Shown here piece after piece: positions 49,815 through 60,595 of a DNA stretch of 64,000 nucleotides (the first letter of the stretch is position 1; the number at the start of each line of letters is the position of its first letter). The translations under genes were made by a program, and so were the position numbers. Source of the stretch: an uncultured delta proteobacterium (lineage in GTDB: Bacteria > Desulfobacterota > Binatia > JACPRU01); NCBI GenBank assembly GCA_963711395.1, contig CAVQEA010000006.1:26647-90646 (forward strand), written 5' to 3'. Under the pieces are notes generated by a model that saw only the letters and a program-made list of their open reading frames with translations, was not told where the DNA came from and made no database searches.

Positions 49815-50394
49815 CCCTGAATCCGCGCGCCACGAGGTAGAGCTCCGCAGACCCCTTGCGGGTCGCGTCCGTGCGCGTGGTCGAGACCTTCTGGAAGCGA
49901 CGCGCGACGGTGTCGCGCAGCTCCCCGTACTCGGAGTTCATGAAGATCTTGCAGACGAAGCTTCCACCCGGGCGGAGTACCCGCGCCGTGACCGCGAGCG
50001 CGAGCCGCACCAGGTCGCTGGCGCGCGCTTCGTCGCGATCGCGCACGCCGGAGAGGCTCGGCGACATGTCCGACAGCACGACGTCGGCACGGCCGCCGAG
50101 CTCGCGCAGAGCTTCGTCGATGACCTCGTCGTCGCCCGCATCGCCTTGCACCACGCGCACGTTCGGCAGCCCGAGGGGAGCCATCGCTCGGGTGTCCACG
50201 CCCACCACCCTCCCCGCCTCACCGACGCGCCGCGCGGACACTTGTAGCCAGCCTCCCGGCCAGCAACCGAGGTCGACGACGCGGTGCCCCGGACCGAGCA
50301 AGCCGCGGTCGAGATCCTCGAGCTTGAAAGCGGCGCGCGACCGCAGCCCCTGCGCTTTCGCCTTCCGGTAGAGGCGGTCCTTGCGCTCGTACAT
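49798..50394 (-). CDS. rlmE: 23S rRNA Um2552 2'-O-methyltransferase
   Basis: RSRAAFKL, DLGCWPGGW, VLSDMSP, CKIF, SAELY. Confidence 0.92.
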   Translation of the reverse strand: MYERKDRLYRKAKAQGLRSRAAFKLEDLDRGLLGPGHRVVDLGCWPGGWLQVSARRVGEAGRVVGVDTRAMAPLGLPNVRVVQGDAGDDEVIDEALRELGGRADVVLSDMSPSLSGVRDRDEARASDLVRLALAVTARVLRPGGSFVCKIFMNSEYGELRDTVARRFQKVSTTRTDATRKGSAELYLVARGFRGTFLP

Positions 50395-50460
50395 CGCGCC
50401 GGCAAGCTAGCGAAAAGCGCCTCGCTTGTCTTTTGAGGCTGCCTCCGTAGCATTGAGGGC

Positions 50461-51208
50461 ATGGGCCGCCGCGACGCACGGGGCGACGATGCGCCGCCGT
50501 TCAACTCGCCGTTTCGCGACCTCGCGCGGCGTCTCGGGCCGCTGCCGGAGCGCCCCAAGGCAAGCCCGCGCGTGGCGCGCCCTCGGCCGGCCGCCGTGAC
50601 CGCCCCGACGCCGCCGGTCGCGGAAAACGAGGATGAGCTGTTCCGCGCGGCGGTGCGCGGAGCCGTGCCGATCCCGCCGGGCGCTCGCGACCGGGCCGCC
50701 GCGACGTCCCCGCGCAGCGCGCGGAAAGCGCCGGTCCGTGAAGACGACGCCGCTTTGGCCGAGCTCGCCGACCTGGTCGCGGGCGTTGTCGTCTTTCGAC
50801 GTCAGCGACACCGACGAGCACGTCGAGGGCATGGTCGTCGGCCTCGATCCCCGGGTGCTGCGACGGCTGCGCGCCGGGGAGCTCGCGTACCAAGCCCATC
50901 TCGACCTTCACGGCATGACGGCCGAGGAAGCCAAGCAGGCGGTTCACGAGTTCGTACTGCGATCGATGGTGGTCGGGCGCCGCTGCGTCCTGATAGTCCA
51001 CGGTCGCGGCCGAAACTCCCCGGATCAGCGCCCGGTCCTGAAGGATCGCCTGAAACACTGGCTCACTCACGGCGAGCTCGGCCGGCGCGTGCTCGCCTTC
51101 TCGTCCGCGCGCCCCTACGACGGCGGCAGCGGCGCGATGTACGTGCTCTTGCGCCGCGAGCGACGCGGCAAGAAACCGTTCCGCACGCTAGACGGGGCGA
51201 AGTCGTAG
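50461..51208 (+). CDS. Smr/MutS-domain endonuclease (frameshift near 50790)
   Basis: FNSPFRDL, LDLHGMT, IVHGRG, DGGSGAMYVLL. Confidence 0.9.
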
Positions 51209-51323
51209 TAGCTTCTTCTCGCCGCCGCGGGCGCACTAGGCCAAGAGGCGCACGACTTTCGAAGTGGCCGAGCACGCTCTCGTCGACGCTTGACACGTAA
51301 CGCGGTGGGGGCAGATTGGAGCC

Positions 51324-51692
51324 ATGGATCGGCGCAAGTTCCGACGTCTTGTCTCCGAGGCGCTGGACACGCTGCCGGGCGAGGTTCGCGTTCGCATGAC
51401 GAACGTGGCCGTCCTCGTCGCCGAGGAGCCGACGCACGAACAGATCCTCGACGCCGGACTCGACCCGCGGCGCCATACGCTGTTCGGACTCTACGAGGGC
51501 TGTCCGCTCTCCGAGCGCCGCACGGACTTCGGCATGATGCTGCCCGACCGCATCACGCTCTTCTACCGGCCGCTCGTCGACAACTATCGCGGCCCGGTGG
51601 AGATCCGCGAGCAGATCCGCCGCACGGTGGTCCACGAAGTCGCGCACTTCGTGGGCTTCGACGACGACGAGATCGAAGACCTCGGATACTGA
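51324..51692 (+). CDS. Zincin-like metallopeptidase (DUF1025/Zincin_1)
   Basis: LFGLYEG, LPDRITLF, VVHEVAHFVG. Confidence 0.9.
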   Translation: MDRRKFRRLVSEALDTLPGEVRVRMTNVAVLVAEEPTHEQILDAGLDPRRHTLFGLYEGCPLSERRTDFGMMLPDRITLFYRPLVDNYRGPVEIREQIRRTVVHEVAHFVGFDDDEIEDLGY

Positions 51693-51756
51693 GGCCTCGG
51701 CGGTCTGGCACGGGAGGCACAGCCGCTACCGGTTTCGTAGCCAACCTGGTTCGACG

Positions 51757-52149
51757 ATGCGGCGCTGGAGAAGGTCCAAACGGAGCTCGGCGGTCGCGCG
51801 ACGCGTTCGCGGACGCGGGGCGCGCGGGGATCGTCCCGTCGCTGCGGTCCTCGACCTTCTCGGCCGGCGCTGGCTGCTACGCGTTCTTTGGGAGCTCCGC
51901 GGCGGGCCGCTCACCTTTCGCCTGTTGCGTGAGCGCTGCAATGCGATGTCGCCGAGCGTGCTGAACCGCAGGCTCGCGGAGCTGCGCCAAGCCGGCGTGG
52001 TCGAGGTCGAGCCCCGCCGTGGATACCGCCTCACGGCGGAAGGCCGAGAGCTCGGGCGCGCGCTCTCCGCCATCGGCCATTGGGCCGAGCGTCGTGCCTC
52101 CCGGTCTCCACGGGGGACGAGACAACGCCCGCGACGCCCGGCGCGATGA
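51757..52149 (+). CDS. HxlR-family winged-helix regulator
   Basis: LDLLGRRWLLRVLWEL, SPSVLNRRLAEL, YRLTAEG. Confidence 0.87.
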   Translation: MRRWRRSKRSSAVARRVRGRGARGDRPVAAVLDLLGRRWLLRVLWELRGGPLTFRLLRERCNAMSPSVLNRRLAELRQAGVVEVEPRRGYRLTAEGRELGRALSAIGHWAERRASRSPRGTRQRPRRPAR

Positions 52150-53204
52150 CGGGCTCGCGGCGGATCTCGTGGCCACGGCGCCTCGCGCTGGCGGCCGGCG
52201 GGCTGTTCGTCGGGCTCGCGGCGGGCGAGATTTTCTTTCGCTTGGTGCCGTTCGATCGAGTCCGATACGAGGTCCGCTACGGGCACTACAGCGGCAACCA
52301 GGTCGGCCGTTTCGTCGAGTACGACCCGATCCTCACGTTTCGCAACCGCCGCTCGGCATCGTTTCCCGAAGCCGGCGTGCGCATCAACGCGCTCGGCCTG
52401 CGCGGGTCGGACGTGTCCGTCGCCAAGCGGCCGGGAGTCACCCGCGTGCTCTGCCTTGGCGATTCGTGCACCTTCGGCGGCCCGCATCCCTACCCGGAGA
52501 TGCTGCAGGCGCTTCTCGACAAAGCCGCGCCCGGGCGCTTCGAGGTGCTGAACGGCGGCGTCATCGGCTATAGCTCGCTCCATGGACTCGAGTGGTTCGA
52601 GCGCGAGCTCGCCCGCTTGGACCCGGACATCGTCACCATCTACTACGGCTGGAACGACATGTGGCGGGAGAAGGATTCCGTGGTACGGGCCTGGTTCAAG
52701 ATCCGTGTCGCCCGCGAGCAACCGGCGCGGTTTCGCAGCTACCTGTGGGAAGCCGCATCGCGCGGGCTGGTGTTCCTGCGAAGCTGGCTCGGCCACGCTT
52801 CGTTGCAGGTCCCTCCCGAGCAGTATCGCGCCGTGCTCGAGCGCTTCGCGGCGCTCGGGCGCGAGCAACGCTTCACGCCGATCTATCTGACCGCGCCCGC
52901 CGGCTTCGACGGCGACCAGACTCCGCAGTGGCTCGTGAAACGAGGAATGGTCGCAGAGGGCGACAGCGTCCCGCGCCTACGCCAGGAATACAACCGTGTG
53001 GTCGTCGACGTCGCCGAGGAAGAGCGACTGCCGCTCGTCGATCTCGCCGCCGACTTCGACGGGGGCGGCGGCAGGACGCTGTTCGACAGACCCGACGAAG
53101 ACCCGATCCACCCAAACGACAAGGGCTATCGGATCATCGCCGAAGCGCTCGCGGCGGAGATCCTCAAGAGGTCCGCGCCCAGCGCGGCGACCGCTTCTCG
53201 GTGA
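52146..53204 (+). CDS. Membrane-anchored SGNH/GDSL hydrolase
   Basis: INALGLRG, LGDSCTFG, YGWND, DPIHPN. Confidence 0.9.
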   Translation: MTGSRRISWPRRLALAAGGLFVGLAAGEIFFRLVPFDRVRYEVRYGHYSGNQVGRFVEYDPILTFRNRRSASFPEAGVRINALGLRGSDVSVAKRPGVTRVLCLGDSCTFGGPHPYPEMLQALLDKAAPGRFEVLNGGVIGYSSLHGLEWFERELARLDPDIVTIYYGWNDMWREKDSVVRAWFKIRVAREQPARFRSYLWEAASRGLVFLRSWLGHASLQVPPEQYRAVLERFAALGREQRFTPIYLTAPAGFDGDQTPQWLVKRGMVAEGDSVPRLRQEYNRVVVDVAEEERLPLVDLAADFDGGGGRTLFDRPDEDPIHPNDKGYRIIAEALAAEILKRSAPSAATASR

Positions 53205-53937
53205 ATGCCGCGAGGCCCTCGGCCACCTCTTCGGAGGCGAGAGAGTCGGTGAACATTTCGAGGTCGATGCGCGGCAGGTGGCGATTCAAGTCGCGCTTGA
53301 TTCGACCGCGCGCCACGGGAGCCGTCTGACGGATTTGCGCGATGACCTCGGCCACCGCGCGGCCGAGCTCCGCGTGGGGCACCGCTCTGGACACGAGCCC
53401 CATCGCGACGGCCTCGGCCGCCGTCAGCGTCGCGGCGGAAAACAGCAGATACTTGGCGCGCGCCACGCCCACGTGCGCCGCCAGACGCGCCGAGAGCCAG
53501 CAGTCGGCGATGCCACGCAACAGCTCGGGGGCGCGGAATTGCGCCCGCTCGCTCGCCACCGACACGTCGCTCGTGAGCACGATGTCGAGGCCACCGCCCT
53601 GGCACAGGCCGTTGACCGCGCAGACGACGATCTTCGAGCAGCGCTCGAGCTGCACGAAGGGAACCATGTCCCAGCGGTCGGTCTCGCGGTCGAGGTAAGA
53701 GCCGCTCTCGGGTTCGAGGCTCATGTCGCCACCGGGGCAAAACACGTCGCCCGTGCCGGTGATCAGCAACACGTCCACGCCGGGGTCCTTCTCGGCGATG
53801 ACGGCGGCTTCCTTGATGCCGTGATACATCTCGATCGTGCAGGCGTTGCGGCGCTCGGGCCGGTCGAGCGTCACCGTCAGCACGCCGTCTTGCAGGTTGC
53901 CTCGCAGGAATTTCGAACCTAGATTCACGGCTGCCAT
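53164..53937 (-). CDS. Enoyl-CoA hydratase/isomerase family protein
   Basis: LDRPERRNA, FCPGGD, AVNGLCQGGG, APELLRG. Confidence 0.9.
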   Translation of the reverse strand: MAAVNLGSKFLRGNLQDGVLTVTLDRPERRNACTIEMYHGIKEAAVIAEKDPGVDVLLITGTGDVFCPGGDMSLEPESGSYLDRETDRWDMVPFVQLERCSKIVVCAVNGLCQGGGLDIVLTSDVSVASERAQFRAPELLRGIADCWLSARLAAHVGVARAKYLLFSAATLTAAEAVAMGLVSRAVPHAELGRAVAEVIAQIRQTAPVARGRIKRDLNRHLPRIDLEMFTDSLASEEVAEGLAAFTEKRSPRWARTS

Positions 53938-53958
53938 GTCCGGCCTCCGGGAGGACCC

Positions 53959-54324
53959 ATGACAGGAAGGGAAGCGATGCTGCAAGCGTTCGACCGGCTG
54001 TTCGACCGCGCCGCGAAGAAGCTGAACGTCGAATGTAGCGCGGAGGAGAAGGAGCAGGCGAAGAAGCAGTTCGAGGACCGCTTCGCCGCGCTGCTCGAAT
54101 CGCTGCGGCAGGTCGACATCGCGGAGGTGCCCTCCGAGGTGCTCGCCAACATGGAGGGCGCCATCGATCGCATCTCACCGACGGAGGTCGTCGGCCTGCT
54201 CGCTTCCATACCGATCGCGCACCAGGGCCACGAGATGATGCGCCAGGTCGCCTACCGGGCCGCCGAGAAGCGTCTGCTCGACCACCTGATCCAGCAGACC
54301 GACGATCGCTACGGGGGAAACTGA
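53959..54324 (+). CDS. Helical hypothetical protein
   Basis: Clean ORF with host-like codon use and a GGAGG RBS. Confidence 0.75.
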   Translation: MTGREAMLQAFDRLFDRAAKKLNVECSAEEKEQAKKQFEDRFAALLESLRQVDIAEVPSEVLANMEGAIDRISPTEVVGLLASIPIAHQGHEMMRQVAYRAAEKRLLDHLIQQTDDRYGGN

Positions 54325-54338
54325 CCGGGGTCAGTTTC
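54317..54338. terminator. Short hairpin GAAACTGACC-GG-GGTCAGTTTC at gene end
   Basis: 10-bp inverted repeat overlapping the stop codon, followed by a short T-rich tract. Confidence 0.4.
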
Positions 54339-54419
54339 TTCGCTTCGCTATCCCGTGTTCGCGGGATACCGCGTCGACGGTTCGCCGGAGTACTCCTCCA
54401 GACTCGGGGGAATACGAAA

Positions 54420-55422
54420 ATGGCCATACCATCGATGCGGGTGGTGACGTTCTTCGTTGTCGTCAGCGCGCCGATCTTCGCCGGCGACGTTCATGGAACC
54501 GAGATCACGGCGTGTTACGACAAATACGACGGGGAGATGCGCAAGGTGACCAGCGCGAGCCAGTGCAAGAGGAACGAAAGCTGGGTCTCCTGGAATCAGC
54601 AAGGGCCGGCGGGCCCTGCTGGGCCAAAGGGCCCTGCCGGGAATACGGGAGCTGCCGGGGCGACCGGCCCGGCCGGTCCCGCCGGACCAGGGGGGTCAGC
54701 AGGACCAGCAGGCCCGGCTGGCCCCTCCGGTCCTGCCGGTCCCGCTGGAGCACAGGGCCCCAAGGGCGATCCCGGGACCTCGTCTGATTCCGGTCCTGCC
54801 ATCCTGACACGCTCGTTGCCGAGCGCCGAGCAAGGTGCACCCTATTCCGAGAACCGTCGACGCCGCCGGAGGGCGTACGCCCTACCAGTGGACTCTCGAT
54901 ACTGGCACCCTTCCCGCCGGGCTCGAGCTCGACGCCGCCACCGGCCAAATCGCGGGCATGCCGACCTCCCCAGGCAACGCGAGCTTCCGCGTCCAGGTGA
55001 CCGACGACGACGGCCGCATCGCCCAGCGCGCGCTGTCGATCTGCCTAGCGACCGCCGAGGTCTGCAACGGCGTCGACGATGATTGTGACGGCGAAGTGGA
55101 CGAGGACCTCGAAGCTCCTCCCCAGATTTGTAGCTCGCTCGGCGTCTGTGCCGGCCGATCGATCCCCGTCGCTTGCCAGGGGACGGAAGGCTGGCATTGC
55201 GACTACCGCGGAGTGCCCGGCATCGAACTTGACGCGAACGGCGACCTGAACGCCAACGAGCTGCTTTGCGACGGCCGCGACGGCAACTGCAACGGCGTCA
55301 TCGACCTCGACGGTTTTCCAACCTTGGGGCAAGCCTGTGCCGGTGGTAGTGGAATCATGGATGGAGTCGTGATTTGTCGCCCATCTTTTCCGCCTACGAC
55401 GACGATGTGCAGCTCCCCCTGA
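54420..55422 (+). CDS. Exported collagen-like protein with putative Ig domain and MopE-type Cys repeats (frameshift near 54850)
   Basis: 20 Gly-X-Y triplets; LPAGLELDAATGQIAGMPT (He_PIG-like); EVCNGVDDDCDGEVDE and CDGRDGNCNGVID. Confidence 0.82.
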
Positions 55423-55563
55423 ACGAGTCCTGAGCGAGGCACGGGCTCGGTTCGTGCTTTTGCGGGTGGCGCATCGGCGCCACCCGCCGTCGGCTTGCTC
55501 GCGATCGCGCGATGCCTCTAGAGAAGTAGCGCCCGCCCGTCTTCTCTCGGGCGGGCGTGAATC

Positions 55564-57443
55564 GTGAGGTCTGCGACAACAGCAGGAGCGGGCGCTCGGG
55601 CGACGGTACGGACGCTCGCCCTCGTTGCCGTTCCTGCTTCGCTCTGGCCGCTCCTTGCCTGGCTGCACACCGAGGTTCCGCCGCCGAGCGTGAGCGTGCT
55701 GCGCCAAGCGCGGTTCGCTGCGGGCGTCGCGGATCAACCCGGAGAACGGCGCGCGCTCCCCGACGATTGGCGCGTGACGAGCCGCGGGACCCGCGTGGCC
55801 ACGTACGAGCTCCGCTTCCCCGGCGGTCGCATCGAGCCGCAGGAATGGGCAGTCTATCTGCCCGCGCTCAGCATGAACGCCGCGGTCTGTCTCGACGGCG
55901 AGCTCGTCGGCGACGGCGGCGAGCTCACGGAGCCCATCGCGCGCAACTGGAGCCGGCCGCTGCTCTTTCCCTTCCCCGGCCGCTCGTCTCTCGGGGCGAG
56001 AATTCGCTCGTGTCGGGCTGCAGGCGGATCTCCCCGACACGGGCCTGCTCGGCGCTCGTCTACGTCGGACCGCATCGCGCGCTCGCCCGGCTCTTCGCGC
56101 GCCGCGACGTGCTCAAGGTCGAGGCGGTCTGGGTGATCACGCTGTGCCTGGCTGATGATCGGCGTCTTCACGGCGCGCTCTGGGTGCAGTGGCGCGAAGC
56201 AGCCGTCGTACGGCTGGTTCGCCGCGGCGGCGTTCGCGTGGGCGGCCATCCACCTCGAACGCTGCTCGTCGTCCACGCCCCGTGCGGACCACGGACGTGG
56301 TGGGGCCTCTGGTACCTCGCCCTCGTCGCGTGGGTGGTGCTGCAGACGCCGTTTCCTCTTCGCGTTCGTGGGGTGAGGGACCGGCGTCTCGAACGCGCGC
56401 CTCACCGCGCTCGGGCTCGCCGGGTCGATGCTCGTCGTGCTCATGACCCTGCTCGGCTCGCCGTGGCTGCACGGCGGCGTCGGGTCTGGATCACGCTCGC
56501 GCTGTTCGTGGGCGCATACGCCGTGAGCCTCGTCGTACGCTTGCTGCCGCGAGCGCGCGGACGACTCGACGTCGTATTGTCCCCGTGCTCGGGCTCACCG
56601 TCGTCGGCTGCGCGGCCCACGATTGGCTCATCTTCCTCGGTCTCGCAGGCCCGACGTACGACTACTTCCTGCCCTACGCCGCTCCGCTGGTCCTCCTCGG
56701 CATGGGCTGGGCGCTCCTGCGACGCTTCACCGGCGCGCTCCGGGAGTGCGCGGCGCTGGTCGCCGACCTCGAAGCGCGCGTCGAGGCGAAGCGCGAGGAG
56801 CTCGCCCGGAGCTACGAGCGCCTGCAGGCCGTCGAGCGCGCCCGTGTGCTCGCCGACGAGCGCGAGCGCATCATGCGCGAGATGCACGACGGGCTCGGGT
56901 CGCATCTCGTCTCGACGCTGGCGCTGCTCGACGGCGACCACAGTCGCGCGAGGCGGTCGGCCGGCGGTGCGGGCGGCGCTCGACGACCTGCGGCTCATGA
57001 TCGACGCGCTCGTGCCGCTCGACGGCGACCTGCTCGGCGCGCTCGCGATGCTGCGCGCGCGCATGCAGCCGCGGCTCGAAGCGGCGGGCATCCGCGTCGA
57101 GTGGAGGGTCGATGATCTCCCGCGCATCGCCGATCTCGGCGCGCCACAGGTGCTGCAGATTCTGCGCGTGCTGCAGGAGGCGGTGACCAACGTGCTGAAG
57201 CACGCGGGCGCGCGGACGATCACGGTGCGGACGGACGCGAGGAACGCTCGCCGGCCGTCGCCGCGTTTACGTCGAGATCGCCGACGACGGGCGCGGCATC
57301 GCCGAGCCGCGGCCCCCGGGCCGCGGCCTGCAGCACATGCGGCAGCGGGCCGCGGCGATCGGCGGTGCGCTCGAGATCGACGGGCGACTCGCGGGACGTG
57401 CGTGCGCCTGCGCATTCCCGTCGACGAGGCGAGCGCGGCGTGA
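55564..57443 (+). CDS. Multi-TM sensor histidine kinase, HisKA_3 type (many frameshifts)
   Basis: ERERIMREMHDGLG H-box, QEAVTNVLKHA N-box, IADDGRG, GRGLQHMRQRA. Confidence 0.85.
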
Positions 57444-59240
57444 GCACGGTCGGACGACCCGGGGCGCGAACGTCAGTGCGCTGGCTCGCGCTGCTCGCGG
57501 CGACGCCGGGCACCTGGCTGCCGATTGCCTGGCTGTCATCGCTCGTCGCCGCGAGGCGCCCGGGATTCTCGAGCGGGCGGAATTCCTCGCCGCGGAGGCG
57601 CGCTGGTTCCCGCCGCAGCGGCCGCTGGCGCCCGGTGACGCTGCCCGACGACTGGCGCCTACGCCGGCACCGGAGTCCGCGAAGCGTGGTATCGATTGCG
57701 CTTCGACGCCGTCGCGACGGCGAAGCGGTGGGGTGTCTACCTGCCGGCGGTGGCGATGAACGCCGCCGTCTACGTGAACGGCCGAGCGGATCGGCAGACG
57801 GCGGTCGCGTAGACGATCCCGTCGCGCGCAACTCGAACCGGCCGCTGCTCTTGCCGGTTCGGCGCGCGCGCGCGCGTCGCGGCGACGAACGAGCTCCTCG
57901 TGCGGGTCGTCGCGGATCGGCCCGGCAACGGGTTTCTTGCCGCGCTCCCGTCGCTCGCCTCGACGTGCTCGCGCCGGTCGAGCAGCGCGCGACGTTCGTC
58001 CGGCGGACGCTGCTCTGGACCCTCATCGTCTTCCGGCTCGTGGTCGCGTCTTCACCGCGGCGATCTGGTCGCGCTCTGGCGCCACGAGCGGTACTACGGC
58101 TGGTTTGCGCTCAGCTGCCGTCGCATGGGTGCTCGCCGAGGTCGACCTCGTGGTCGTCGACATTCCGGTATCGGTCGCGGCGTGGACGTGGCTCTTCCCG
58201 TCGCGATCGGGTGGTGGGGCATCTTCGCGGTTCGGCTCGTGCTGAGCTTCATCGGCAGTCGCCAAGCCGCGCGCCGAGCGCGGGCTCATGCTCGCGGGAA
58301 TCGCCGGGTCGGTCGCGCTCGGCGGGCTCGCGGCGAGCGGGTCGCCGCTCTTCGACCCGCTCGCCGTGAATCTCTGGCTGACGCTCGCGTTCGGCGCGAG
58401 CTGTTATCTCTTCCGCGGCGTGCTGCCGCGTCTCCGCGACTATCCCGACGCGATCGAGCTGAACGTCGTCTTCGTCGTCGCGCTCTCGGTCGTCGGGCTC
58501 GTGCTCGCCGACCTCGTCATGCAGCTCGGCTTCCGGCCGCGCGGCGGGCTCACGGTGCCCGCCGTACGGGGCGTTCGTGGCGGTGGTCGGCATGGGCTGG
58601 GTGCTGGTGCGGCGTTTCGTCGGGGCGCTCCGCGAGGTGCGCGCGCTCGCGACGACCCTCGAGCAGCGCGTGCGCGAGAAGACCGCCGAGGTCGAGGCGA
58701 GCTACGCGAACATCCGCGAACCGAGCGCGCCCGGGTGCTCTCGGAGGAGCGCGAGCGCATCCTGCGCGACATGGACGAAGGGCTCGGCTCGCAGCTCGTT
58801 TCGACGCTCGCCCTGACGGAGCGGCCGGAGACGCGGATCGGCGGAGCTTCAGCGATCGCGGTGCGCGCGGCGCTCGACGACCTCCGGCTCGTGGTCGACT
58901 CGCTCGATCCGTTCGACGGCGAGCTGCGTGCCGGCGCTCGCGATGCTGCGGAGCCGCATGCAGCCGCGGCTCGACGCGGCCGGCAGTCGCGGTCGAGTGG
59001 CGGGTCGCCGACCTGCCGCCGCTCGCCGATCTGACGCCGCACGCGGTGCTGCGCATTCTGCGGCTCGTGCAGCGCGCGTTCGCCGACGCCATCGAGCGCG
59101 GAGCGGGCGGGCGCGTGCGCGCCCAAACCGGGGTCGACCGCGACGGCGCGCCGCCGCGTTCCTCGCGATCGCCGACGGCGGCGTCGAGGTCGTGCGTCTC
59201 ACCCTGCCGCTCGCGGACCCGAGCCCGCGCCGTCCGCCAT
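57440..59240 (+). CDS. Paralogous sensor kinase lacking catalytic residues (pseudokinase; frameshifted, end approximate)
   Basis: Same N-terminal LPDDW and RNxxRPLL motifs as the first kinase; H-box reads RILRDMDEGLG; N-box reads QRAFADAIER. Confidence 0.72.
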
Positions 59241-59345
59241 CCCGCGTTCACGGGATGCGCCGACGGGCCGCGATTACTCTCGCTCGGCTTCATGGGTGCG
59301 GCTCGACGCCGACCGCCTAGGAGATACAACGCCGAGCCAGAGGAC

Positions 59346-60016
59346 GTGAGTAACGCGGCCGAACGAGCCACACGGTGCTCCTGGTCGAGGACGACGCCGC
59401 GACACGGACCGGCTGCGCGCGCGATCGAGCGCGTCCCGACCTCGGCTCGTCGCGGCGGCCGCGTCGTGCCGCGAGGCGCGCGAGCGGTTGGCCGAGCGCG
59501 GCCCGACGTGCTGCTGGTCGACCTCGGCCTTCCCGACGGCAGCGGCATCGACCTGATCCGCGAGCTCAAGCGCCGCGCGCCGCGACCGAGGCGATGGTGA
59601 TCACGGTCTTCGGCGACGAGAAGCACGTGATCGCGGCGATCGAGGCGGGCGCCACCGGGTTACGTGCTGAAGGACGGCACCGATCGCTACATCGCCGACT
59701 CGATTCGCGAGCTCGTGCAGGGCGGCTCGCCGATCAGCCCGGCGATCGCGCGCCATCTCCTGCGACGCTTTCGCGGCGCCGGTGCCGACGCGCGCGGCCG
59801 AGGCGGAATGCCCGGGCCTCACCGAGCGCGAGCACGAGGTGCTCGGGCTGCTCGTGAAGGGCTTCACGTTCCAGGAGATCGGCGAGCTTCTCGGCATCTC
59901 CGCGCACACGGTCACGACGCCACGTGAAGCACCTCTACGGGAAGCTCGAGGTGCGCTCGCGGGCGGAGGCCGTCTACGAGGCGCTGCAGCTCGGGATCCT
60001 CAAGGACGATCTGTAG
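59346..60016 (+). CDS. NarL/LuxR-family response regulator (frameshifted)
   Basis: LLVEDD, PDVLLVDLGLPDGSG, YVLK, SPISPAIAR, LTEREHEVL, ISAHTV. Confidence 0.9.
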
Positions 60017-60058
60017 CCGCTGTCACCGACAACCAGACGGGGACGTGCGTGCCTGTAG

Positions 60059-60580
60059 TCAGGAAGCGAGGGGGAGCGCATCTTCCGCGGGCGCTTCGTC
60101 GTGCCCGGGGCGCGACGCCGTAACGGCGGCGGCGCGGTCGGGCTCGCCCACGGCGGACGTACCCTCGAAAACCGCGCCCTCGTGCATGACCAGCCGCGGC
60201 GAGACGATGTTGCCGACCAGCCTGCCCGTCGCACCGAGCTCGACCCGATCGCGCGCGAAGACGTCGGCCGTGGCGTCTCCCTCGATGACCACCCGGCTCG
60301 CCCGGATCTCGCCGGCCACTCGACCTCCCCGGCGAACGATCACCGCGTCGCCGGCGAAGATCTCGCCCTCCACTTCCCCGTAGATGCGCACGCTGCCCTC
60401 GAATCGGAGAGTGCCGACGACGCGGCTGCCCTTGCCGATTCGACCGTTGCGCTCTTCGTCCTCTGCTTCCACGAGGTAGACCTCACTCGCCACTGGCTCG
60501 GCCGAACGCGGCGTCATCTCTTCGACGCTCTGCCAAGAATCGGCAATCGACTCCTCGCTTCTACGACTGAAAAGGCTCAT
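60059..60580 (-). CDS. Bactofilin (polymer-forming cytoskeletal protein)
   Basis: IGKGSRVVGTLRFEGSVRIYGEVEGEI...LVMHEGAVFEG beta-helix repeats. Confidence 0.9.
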   Translation of the reverse strand: MSLFSRRSEESIADSWQSVEEMTPRSAEPVASEVYLVEAEDEERNGRIGKGSRVVGTLRFEGSVRIYGEVEGEIFAGDAVIVRRGGRVAGEIRASRVVIEGDATADVFARDRVELGATGRLVGNIVSPRLVMHEGAVFEGTSAVGEPDRAAAVTASRPGHDEAPAEDALPLAS

Positions 60581-60595
60581 GTTTTCTCCCCCGCG

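Noticed and set aside
54600-54780. 9-bp periodic repeat as a non-coding tandem repeat
   Set aside because: It is explained by Gly-X-Y collagen codons.
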